A stretch of 64,000 bases of DNA from Heterodontus francisci (taxonomy: Eukaryota), in the NCBI RefSeq assembly GCF_036365525.1, contig NC_090387.1, positions 90,003,691 to 90,067,690 of the forward strand. The letters run 5' to 3'. The notes under the pieces are model-generated. The model did no database searches and had not been told where the DNA came from. It saw only the letters and a list, made by a program, of their open reading frames with translations. Position 1 is the first letter of the stretch. Every line of letters begins with the position of its first letter. Position numbers and translations under genes: made by a program. Below are positions 26,222 to 37,055 of the stretch, piece by piece.

Positions 26222-28399
26222 CCGGGTGTGCTTTTTTTTTGCCGTGTCCAAATCCTTCGATGTTGGCTGTCCAGCCGTTTTTATTCTTATTATACTTTCA
26301 TGTAGTGATGCAATTGTTTTTGTAACTCTGAAGTTGTACCATCGTTAATAGTCATTATAATAATATCCCATATCAGAATAAACGCAGAGGTGAAAATATT
26401 TCGCGAATGGGTGTTACAGATATCACACAAACACTTTGGAGAGATGCAATTAAAGACAAGTTCTCAATTGAAAGGTTTGTATTAGTTTCGCTTCCAAAGC
26501 AGCTCTTGTTTTAATGGAGCACACCTAACAGCAGAAGTAACTGGATTGCATCGCCATACAATGCATAATTATTGGCACAAAATGACCTCAGTTTTCTTGC
26601 ATAACTCCAGAAGCTTTCCTCGATAAAATATATCTATAATCATTCACAAGGCTTGATTGCATTTTGGCCATTTATGGCATTCTCAAACTCATCTTCACTC
26701 CACTCTTTAAGAATTTGCAGTTTTGGTCCAACCAGTACAACGCTACACCACAGGTCAGTCCGCATCCCAACAATTAATGCATCTGTGCAACGAAATTGAG
26801 ATCAATACAATTTTTAACTTTAGCAATCCTTACATTTATTGATTACTTTTACAAGCCGTCACTTTCCACAACCAAGAAGCCGCGGTTATGGCTAGATGAT
26901 GAAATTGGATGAGTTGCATTTAAAACTGTTCATTTATTTTCCTCCTGTTTGATAAGATATTCCTGTGATTATCAATTGAACCTTATTATGATGCAGCCTT
27001 AATCAATTCCAAACTTTCAACACATAATAATTGATCTTTTAGCAATGCACTGTTTTAGCACGAAATTGAATTCTGCCACCTGCGTACCACTATGAATTAG
27101 ATAGGAAACTAAAAACGAACAGTTTTTAAGCCCCTCTAGAATTACCTATTATACACACAATAATATGTGCAGTTTCATTTATTGAGTTGTATGACGAGTT
27201 GTACAAACATTTATGAATTTGTGGTTAAAATACTTTCAAAAACGAATAATATTCAGTTCAGTGAGCGAGAATTTCTTTCTAAAGGCAGCAAAAAGATTGC
27301 GAAAGTATTTCCAGAAGCCTTTCACCACTGCGGTTTTCCTCGCGTTCATGTCTGGGTCTGTTGTAATCTAATTGATAGAGATTCATTGCCATGCTTAATC
27401 AACAACGTTACTATCATTACATGATGCGAAGAACAAGATAGTAGAAGGAGCATTAGATGGGCCAGTGATTGGTTCCTAAACCACCTTTGCAACGTATCCA
27501 GTATCTGGGTGCCTTCGATTAGTTTTCTTTCCGAATGTGTCTAATATAAAACCACCTAGATTTGAATAACATGATGCAAGTTGTTTAGAAATTGGTGGCA
27601 GGAAAATTTCGGACTCTATAGGATTTTGTTTGAATAGGCGCATTAGAGTTACTAATCATGAGTGAAGGGTTCGGTTTTGTAACTCCTGAAGTTTTCCAAC
27701 AATCAATAGACGTCATTGCAATTTAGATCGGCTCTAAAGTAGAGGTACATATAAAATGTCCTGGTTGTTAGTTTTGAAATAGATCGTAAGCATCACGCCA
27801 CTGTAACGATAGAGTTTGCTGTGTTCGGTGTTTAAGGATTCAAAACGATACTAGAAGAATGTCCCATTTTGGTGTATGCAAATTAGCATATGAGTGAAAT
27901 GTTAGACCGAGCGAAACGGGTTAAATTACTCATTCAGTCCAATGTATTAATAGGTTCTAAGACATCTTAACTACGAACAAAGTGTCGTTTATACCTAATT
28001 TATTAACTGTATTAAATGTACTCAGTAACTTTATGTAAAAATGATCTGAATTCATATACATAGTAGAATGGGGTCACGTTTCACTTCTATCTTCAGACGT
28101 TGTCGGTCAGGTAAGGGCCTCATAACGAGGTCAGTGGCCTTGGCACCCTGTTCAGACAACAGAGGCCCAGGCATGTTGAAAAGGACCGACCGCAATGTGC
28201 CCGAAGTGCCTCCTGCTTCAGTTGGTAACCCCGTTTAATATGCAAAAGGAGCCGTAGGATCCACATTTTCATTTTAGGTCAGGACTAGTCGAATGCTTTG
28301 TTCTGCAAACTCTGACGAGCTCCGCAGGCCAAAGAGCGAGAGAGGCCTAGACACGTTAAGTGTTGAATTTTATGTTTTCGGTCCCTAAGGAGCAGCCGT

Positions 28400-31300
28400 A
28401 CGCTGGGAACATGGGCCACGTGGAAACTCCGGGAAGCGTCTCGTGGGACCCGAAAGGTTGAGTGATTCTTGGCTAGCATCTTTATAGATGTGGTCACCCA
28501 GCATGTATGCAGGTAGAGAGGGAATGGGTGACCGCCAGGTAGTCCAAGAAGATACAGGCAGGTAGTGCAGACGACCTGTGAGTGCGTCTCACTCTCCAAT
28601 CAGTATTCAGTTCTGAATACTGAGGAAAGTAATGGTCCACCCGGGGAGTGCAGCCAAAGCCAAGGCCATGGCATCACAGCTGGCTCAGCTGCACAGAGGG
28701 GTACAAAGAATACAAGAAGAGTGATAGTGATAGGAGATTTTATACTCCGGTGAACAGTCAGGCATTCCTGTGGCCGCAGATGTGAAACCAGGATGGTATG
28801 TTGCCACGCTGGTGCTATTGGGGAGGGTTTAAACTAACTTGGCAGGGGTGGAGGACCAGGCGGAAGTATGAGAGAGGAATACAAATGTGTACAGAATATT
28901 TCGAGAGATAGATAACACTAGAGTAGAGAATAGTCTTATTAGGTAGGGTCAGAGTAAGGGAGAAAGTAATGAACTCTAAATCAGGGTTAAAGTACATATT
29001 TGTTAATGCAGAGTATTGTTAATAAGATTAGTGAGCTACAGGTGCAGAGTGATATGTGGAAATATGATGATTTGGCTGTAACAGAGATCTGGCTCAAAGA
29101 ACGGCAGGATTGGGTGTTAAATTTACCAGGATATAAGGTATACAGGAAAGATAGAAAAAGAAGAATAGGAGGAGGAATGATAGTATTGATTAAGGAGAGC
29201 ATTGCACTGCCGGAGAGGGTTTCCCCGAGGGGTCAAGGATGGAATCTATTTGGCTAGCGCTAAGGAACAAAAAAGGTGCAATTGCATTGCTCGCTGTAGT
29301 CTATAGGCCACCAACTAGTGGGAAAGATGTAGAGGAACAAATTTGCAAGGAAATTACAGAGATATACAAGAATTGTTGAGATATAATGGGGGACTTCAAT
29401 TATCCGAATATAGACTGGGATAGTAGTAGTGTAAAGGGCCGTGAGGGCAAGAGTTCCTAGAGTGTGTTCAGGAAAAAAAATCTACAGCATTATGCTTCCA
29501 GTTCAATGAGAGGGAAGGCATTGATCGGTCTTGGGAATGGGGTGAGCCAAGTGGATCAAATATCAATAGAACATTTAAATGACAGTGATCGCTGAATCAT
29601 AAGGTTTAGGTTGGTTATGGAAAAGGACAAAGAATAATCCAAACTATGAATTATTAACTGGGAAAAGCCATATGTGATTGGTTACACTGGATCTGGGCTG
29701 AATAAATTGGAATCAAAGGTTGGATGGAAAAACGGTAGCTAAACAATGGGCTGTCTTCAAATAAGAGATACTTCTGGCACAGATCAGATATATTTCCTCG
29801 AAGGGGAAAGGTAGAGCAAAGAAATCCAGAGCCAGGATGACAAAAGAGATAGAGATGAAGATGAAGAAGAAAAACTGTGCTTATGACAGATGTCAGGTAT
29901 ATAATACAATGGAGGACCAGGCTGAAATAAAAGGCTCAGAGGGGAAGTGAAAAGGCAAATAAGAGAAGCAAAGAGACAATATGAAAAGAGACTGAGAGCT
30001 AATATAAATGGAAATCCCAACGTTTTATATCGGCATATAAATAGAAAAAAGGGGTGGTAAAAGGTGGAGTAGGGGCGATTAGGGAACCAAGAAGGGGATT
30101 TACGCATGGAGGCAAGGAGAATAGCTGAGGTATTAAATGAATACTTTGCATCTGTCTTTACCAAGAAAGAAGATGCTACCCAGGCAACAGTGAAAGAGGA
30201 GGTAAATAATACACTAGAATGATTTAAAATTGATAAGGAGGAAGTATTAGGTAGGTGGTCTATACTTACAGTTGATAAAAACTAGGGCCAAATGAGATGC
30301 ATCCAAGGATACTGTGGAAAGTGAGAGTGGGAAATGTAGAAGTACTGGCCATAATTTTCCAGTCTTCTTTTGACTCGGAGTGGTGCCAGATGACTGCAGA
30401 ATTACAAATGTTACACCCTTGTTCAAAACAGGATGTCAACATAAGCCCAGCAACTACAGGTCAGTCAGTTTAACTTTGGTGGTGGGGAAAAAGCTGCAAA
30501 CAATAATTCTGGACCAAATTAACAGTCACATGGACAAATATGGGTTACTAAAGGAAAGCCAACACAGACTCATTAAGGGAAAATCATGTTTAACTAACTT
30601 GCTAGAGTTTTTTGAAGAGGTAACAGAAAGGGTTGATGATGGCAATGCTGTTGATGTAGTGTACATTGACTTCCAAAAGGTATTTAATATAGTGCAACAC
30701 AACAGATTTGTGAGTAAAGTTATAGCTCATGGAATAAACAGGACAGTAAAAACATGGATATGATATTGGCTGAGTGTTAGGAAACAAAGAGTAGTGGTTA
30801 ATGGATGTTCTTTGAGCTGGTGGAAGGTTTGTAGTGGAGTTCCCCAGTGATCAGTGTTGAACTCTTGCTCTTCCTGATACATTAATGATCCAGACCTTGG
30901 TGTGCAGGACATAATTTCACATTTCACACTTGGAACAATTGAGAACTGTGAGGAGGATGGCATAGAACTTCAAAAGGACATAGACAAGTTGGTGGAATGG
31001 ACAGACAAGTGGCAGACGAAGTTTAATGCGGAGAAATGTGAAGTCATTCATTTTGGTAGCAAGAACATGGGGAGACAATATAACATAAAGGTTACAACTC
31101 TAAAGGGGTTGCAGGAGCAGAGGGACCTTGAGGCATATGTGATAAGCCATTGAAATTGGCAGAACAGGTTGTGAGAGTGGTTAATAAAGCATACAGTATC
31201 CTGAGCTTTATTAATAAGCGCATAGAGTACAAGAGCAATGAAGTTATATTAAACTTGTATAAAACACTAGTTTGGCCATAGCTGGAGTATTATGTCCAGT

Positions 31301-31825
31301 TCTGGGTGCCGCACTTTAGGAAGGATGTGAAGGCATTGGACAGAGGACAGAAAAGATTCACAAGAATGCTACCAGGGATGAGAAACTTCAGGTATAAAGA
31401 CAGATTGGAGAAGTTGGGACTGTTTTCATTGGAGAAGAGAAGGTTGAGAGGAAATCGAGGTGTTCAAAATCATGAGGGGTCTGGACAGAGTGGATAGGGT
31501 AAAAGTTTTCCCACTTCTAAAAGGATCAAGAATGAAAGGGCACATATTTAAATTGATTTGCAGAAGAAGCAATGGCGACACGAGGAAAACCTTGTTCATG
31601 CAGACAGTGATTAGGATCTAGAATGCACTGCCTGAGAGTGTGGTGGAGGCAGATTCAATTAGAGCATTCAAAAGGGAATTAGGTTGTTATATAAAAGGGG
31701 ATAATGTGTAGGGTTAACTCGAGAAGGCGGGGGAATGGCATTAGGTGAATTGCTCGTTCAGAGGTCCGGTGAAGACACGATTTGCCGTATGGCATCCTTC
31801 TCCGCTGTAACAATTCTGTGATTCC
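28400..31825 (+). mobile_element. Degraded near-full-length CR1 LINE
   Basis: ORF1 LSNQYSVL...VIVIGD; ORF2 QSIVNKISEL...IGGG and RT motifs; attctgtgatt tail. Confidence 0.9.
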
Positions 31826-32450
31826 TGACCACACAAAAGGAAAATGATTTGGGCTGCTGCCGCCTCGGAACCTCCACACCGGCCATCGCAAGGGCCTGGC
31901 TGGCGAGTGAAGAGGCCGTCATAGCAATGAGCTGAATCGGGAAGTGCGTTAGATGCCTGGTCGCTAAACTGCCCAATATAAATAAAGACAGGGCCATGGC
32001 TACGGGTGAACGTGTAACGCGCTATGCCTGTCAGTCGCCTGCCCTAAAGAATGAATCCTCTGTACGGATTCAAGCCATTCGCCCGTGAAGTCTGTGTCAG
32101 TGGTTTACACTGTAGCAGATAGATTGGGAGTTATTTCAACCCCTGCCAATGGTGGGAAACGGGCGATACTGGATCCATGGCCCTTTATCAATCAGCCACA
32201 ATTTTCCATTCGGTGGAGTCATTGGAAAGGAAAATCAGGCGGAGTTTATAATGTGCGGCCAATTCCGTATTGCTCTTTTTTATTAATTTATTCCCGGGAT
32301 GTAGGTGTCGCTGGCAAGACCAGCATTAATTGCCCATCCGTAATTGTCCTTCAGAAATTACAATGATCTTGACATCTTTTATTCTTTTCAGTTCCTGTTT
32401 GCTCTCTGTCCTGTCCTTAAGCTATCGCCCGTCCGTGATAAATTAATGTC

Positions 32451-32542
32451 TTACCTTTCAAAGCAGTTGTTCAAAAAATGATCCATAATAATTATCGTCA
32501 GCAGCAAAAGGACCAATACGCTCAATATAAATCGAGGGAAAA
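32451..32542 (-). CDS. Gene A exon 4, transmembrane and short tail (VFPRFILSVLVLLLLTIIIMDHFLNNCFER*)
   Basis: Pyrimidine-rich acceptor ttgcatatttcctag in phase 1; hydrophobic stretch; ends GAA AGG TAA, which is also a possible AG|gtaaga donor at 32455. AATAAA on the - strand at 32383-32378. Confidence 0.8.
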
Positions 32543-35500
32543 CTAGGAAATATGCAAAGAAAAATTAAAATCGGGCGGTTTATATAACGCGCAGCCGAGC
32601 TCAAACGCGGGATTTATTCTCGGATGCCAAAAAGAAACTCTACCCCATTGTATTCCTGACCCTACATTCCAACAATGTAGTAGAGAGATTTTGAATTTTC
32701 TTTATGAAACAATAAAGATCTTCAGTTCAAAGTGTTAGTGAAATTGCGTTAATAATGTGTCGCAAAACGTTCTTTAGAGAGTGGATATGGCATGTCCTTG
32801 ATAGGCGCTTTTATTTAGATAATATCGGTATTTTAACCACGTTTAAAAAAATAATGTTGAATAATCAGCTTAACATGGGCTGAGACCAGAAGTATCAGAT
32901 TGTCTCGTTTTGGCTTGTTGGTTGAGAGGTCCTGATTCCAGATTTACAGACTACATTTTGCTCTGGTGCTAAGCTAACTGGCTTCCCGCCGACGCTACAT
33001 TTGCTCTGTAAATGCATATTCGTTTACCTCTAACTGTTTGTGAGAAATTCGGCACATTAGAAATCGCAACAGTGAATGTCACGTAAGTTGGAGCCGGTAG
33101 GGTGAGATGAGACACTTGACAAGTATAAACAGCCCCGCTCCGGACGGACTGTGTCTCCATTAATAGGCTGGAAACTTCATACAGTCCGTCTATGTTCAAA
33201 CTTTTGGTTGTCTCTATGTCGATTGTAATCTCAATCCCATCTTTATACCAAGTAAGGTTGAGAGCCTCCGGGTAAAACTCATCCGTTTTGCACACAAGAT
33301 CCAGAAGAGATGAGTTTAATTCAGGTACTTTGGGGAAAATCCGCAGCGGAGTTGGCGGAACTGTAAGGGGAAAAATATAGGTAAAAATTTGGGTTATTTT
33401 GTTCTTGTGTGTACCAATTGTATTCTTTATCAGCTGTACTTAAATAGGATGCAATTAATGTATCTTAGTGTTGAAGGGACATCACGATATTTTATTCATT
33501 ACATAAAAAAGCAAGCGCAGTTTAACTAGATAACATGAATTGACATAAATGCCTGTTCAAATTTTGCTTGTATGTTAGTATAATTTGACAGTGTCAGCAA
33601 TGGTTCTGTTATAAATTTCAAAATTAGCATTTTGTTGCTTTTGAAATATTCGTCAAAGTTGCCATACATTTTTCATCTGTATAATCTGAAGAAATAGCAC
33701 ATCTGTTACGATATTAATGGTGAATGTGTTAAAAAAGAAATACTAATTATACTGTTAAAAGCATGTGATAACACTATCCATCTTAATTACAGTATGGTAC
33801 CATCCATTCAATGTTATCATTTGATATTAAATAATGTGTGAAGTCTGTCACAGCATTAAATAGTAAATATGTTTTAGTATTAAACAGAAAATGTGTTGCA
33901 ACATAAAACGCTAAATATTTTGTGGTATTAAATAATATGTTAGTCTAAAATGGTAAAAAAAAATACAGGATAATATAAACATTTTAACCATACCAAATAG
34001 CAAATTATTGCCGCCTGGAATTGAAGATGTGTGACGTTAAATAGCAAATATGCTTCAAAATAAAATAGCAAATGTAATGCCTTATAAAACTGCATACATT
34101 GCAGTATGAAATAGAAAATATATTGCTGTATTAAGTAGAGAATATGTTGTATTATAAAATAACAAACAAGCTACAGTATAAAGTAGCGAATATGATGCAT
34201 TACTAAATAGTAAATATGTTGCAGCATTAGATAGCTAATTTGTTCCAGTTCGAATTCTCCAATATGTTGCCGCATAAAATAGCCAATCTGTTACAGTATA
34301 ACATAATAAATATTTAGCAGTATAAAGCATCAAATTTGTTTCTGTATAAAATAGCAAATATGATTGCAATACAAAATACTGAATGTACTGGGTTGCGAAA
34401 TAGCAAATAAGTTGCTGTATACAATTCTAAATACTTTTAATATAATGAGATAACCCGTACGCGCAGAGGTTTTATCAACAGCTTGGAATTAATGCGCAAA
34501 ATGACCAGCGCCTTTATTAAATAGCGTATCGCTTTATTCAGCTTGGAAATTGACAACAGAAATCGCTCTTGTGTGGGAACATACTATCCCTGCAAATCCA
34601 ACATTTACTTACAAATGTTATTGAGCCCAGCCCCAGTGACCTGGGTGACATGTTATTGCGGGACATGTGTGTTTTTTGCGTTCGGCATCGCCAGAGTTGA
34701 AGGTGGACTATCCGATTTCACCTGGTTTTATGCTGTTGGCTACAGATTGGGGTTGCCGGGAGGGAAGCATCAGCTCATACAACTTGGAGCACTTGTACGT
34801 TTCTAGAGGGTGAATAGTTTTAAATAGACATCCAGCGCAAGTTATATTAAAAATCATCTTGTTCCCTTTATCGTGCCTGATAAAGTTGTTTTTTTCACCG
34901 TGAGAATTCACATTGAACAATGAACAACATCGTCATGTTGTAATTTCAGCTTGTATTATGTTAACGGAGAGGAACAGCGGTACAGAATCAATTGAGAAGT
35001 ACTTTAATCTGCACTTAGTGCATACGAAATATTTTTACACGACCATATCGGGCATTTAAATATTTTGAACTTTAGGGCTCATATTCCAGATGTGTGAAAC
35101 AAAAATGTTCCTTCTATTTTAACACAAATAATATGCAACGCAACTAAGGATATTTTTTAAAAAACGAATAAGGAATTGTCAGCTGCATGTGGCTAGTCTG
35201 GATACTAGCCGGTGCGCTCTTGATGCTTGTAAAACATTCCACAGTTTAATGACATAGGTGTTAAATAAAAACAAGAAATGCTGGATTCACTCAGCAGGTC
35301 TGGCAGCATCTGTGGAAAGAAAAGCAGAGTTAACGTTTCGGGTCAGTGACCCTTCTTCGGTGTTAACCTGCTTATTTTAAAATGGAAGGTAGATTTTCAA
35401 CTTGCCGCACGGGCGTTACACTAATATTCAGGATGATCCACCTGATATCGTCACACATACCGGGCTGTTTCTGCAATGCAGGGGTGATCGCAACAATTTT

Positions 35501-36224
35501 TACCTAATTTGAAATTAGACGCCAATACATCCCAGGGTCGATTTTCCATTCAATGGAAATAAACATCGAGCGCAGTTTATAAATGGAGAGTGCATTCAAT
35601 AACGCTGCTGAGCGGAACGTTGAAGATTAGTCCGAGTATATTTTTGACCAAATATTCAGCAGCCATAATTATTTGAAAGTACCCAACATTTGCGGTTGCT
35701 TTCTCCACCTATTACCACCTACCGGCGACGCTGATGGTTGAGCCTGTTCCATTTACAATCCTGCTTCGCAGCGTTCTGACTCCGCAGTAATAGACCCCAG
35801 AATCCTGCGCACTGATATTCAGGAGATGAAAGGAGGCTCCGCCTTGTTTAAAACGGAGAATTTTTTTCCTGCTGTCGGAAGCTGTTTGCAGAAAGTTACT
35901 TTCGCCAAGTTTCCACCAATAAACTTCCACATCTGAGTTATCTTGAAAAATGGGAAATGTGCAATAAAACGTGACGTTTGAACCTACGAGGGCGCTCGTG
36001 CTTTCAGGAGCTTGGAAGACTTGGAACTGAGCGTCAATAGCAACTGTCAGAAAACAATGATGTTAATTATATAACTATCTATAAGACACGAAATGTCAAT
36101 GCAAAGGCAAATTATAGATTCAAAAAGAGAGAGGAGAGGGAAGAAAGGAAAAGAAGCAGCAGAAGATACCTGTGCACATAATCCCCAGGACTCTTATAGA
36201 CTGAAGCGCATTAGCAATAAACAT
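32451..36224 (-). CDS. Gene A: non-rearranging VJ-C1 IgSF membrane receptor, putative activating type (SIRP/NKp30-like); exons 36224-36170, 36043-35723, 33360-33028, 32542-32451
   Basis: Four exons with GT-AG introns, all phase 1, joining into an open frame: leader, V-set domain ending in a J-like GxG strand, C1-set domain, TM with N-terminal Arg and a short tail. Exon-for-exon paralog of gene C (leader 55 nt and V exon 321 nt in both). Confidence 0.88.
33028..33360 (-). CDS. Gene A exon 3, C1-set Ig domain plus short stalk
   Basis: Acceptor ccccttacag, donor G|gtaaac. VPPTPLRIFP...LVCKTDEFYPEALNLTWYKDG...DGLYEVSS...YTCQVSH: FYP, W and YxCxVxH C1 signatures. Confidence 0.92.
33845..34430. 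repeat. Degenerate 24-bp AT-rich minisatellite (about 24 units, consensus ~TAGCAAATATGTTGCAGTATAAAA) in the gene A V-C1 intron
   Basis: Consecutive units tagtaaatatgttttagtattaaa / cagaaaatgtgttgcaacataaaa / cgctaaatattttgtggtattaaa and onward. Confidence 0.8.
35265..35358 (-). mobile_element. Mini Penelope terminal insertion with 8-bp TSD
   Basis: ggtgttaa at 35257-35264 and 35359-35366; the insert stops within the ccgaagaagggtcactgacccgaaac motif. Confidence 0.75.
35723..36043 (-). CDS. Gene A exon 2, V-set Ig domain with germline-joined J-like strand
   Basis: Acceptor ttttctgacag, donor G|gtagg. VAIDAQFQVFQAPESTSALVGSNVTFYCTFPIFQDNSDVEVYWWK...NISAQDSGVYYCGVRTLRSRIVNGTGSTISVA: B-strand Cys, Trp, DSGVYYC, GTGS. 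Confidence 0.93.
36170..36224 (-). CDS. Gene A exon 1, leader (MFIANALQSIRVLGIMCT)
   Basis: ATG at 36224, 55 nt, donor ACAG|gtatct; aligns with the gene C leader (LQ..VLGI..T). Confidence 0.8.
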
Positions 36225-36254
36225 GTTTAACAAGGGACGTTTACCGCTTGCTGG

Positions 36255-36262
36255 GAGGAAGT
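36255..36262. promoter_or_regulatory. Candidate ETS/PU.1 site just upstream of gene A
   Basis: GAGGAAGT about 30 nt upstream of the ATG; CCAAT near 36316. Motif match only. Confidence 0.3.
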
Positions 36263-37055
36263 ACAAAGCTCTGGCGATAATCTGTGGACTGATGCATCCA
36301 CCTGAAATGGCAGAGCCAATGAATGAGTTGCTCTTAAATTGTGATTCTGTGCGGGTAATTGAACGCCCAACGTCACTTTGAAGTGCTCAAAACGTTAGTA
36401 ATGTCCCACAAAATCTAGGTCACAGCCGGATAAACCTGGTAGAAAATATCCACTGGAAATAGGAAGCTTTGAATTAGCTTAGTTACATGACGGTCACTCA
36501 ACAATGTTTAAAATTATTGATTACATGTGATGAAGAGGTATTCATAGGGTCTGCGCAGTGGCATCTCCAGGACATGTTACGGCACTGGTTTGCAGATATA
36601 TCTGAGAAAGTAAAACCCAGGAAATGCTAGAAGGTCCAACAGGTCATTCAGCATCTGACGAGAAATGCAATGAGTTGCCTTTAAGGCCATAACCATTCGT
36701 CAGAAACGGGAAAAAAAAAAACAAATTTAAATAGCATCGGAACAAAGAGGAGGAAATAAAATCATATCACGGAAACAGGAAGCATAGAGCTGTAATATCC
36801 TGGAATAAAATGTAATAGCTGAAGTGATGTTAGTATTGAATTCAATGAGTAGCAAAATCTGGTGAAGTGTGAAACGGGCAGCTGGTTAATGATGGAAATG
36901 TACAAAATATTGACGGACCTGGATAGAGATCTATTCACCTTATCAACCGTTTGTCACCGGGTGCTCTCTTTTGTTACCCTCCTGAGGGTGTATAAAGGGA
37001 AGCTGATCCCTAATTTTCTCTTTAATACTAGCGCCCACAGACAACATTACTTAGA

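Noticed and set aside
33845-34430. CRISPR-like array
   Set aside because: Vertebrate DNA with contiguous degenerate repeats, no unique spacers and no cas genes.
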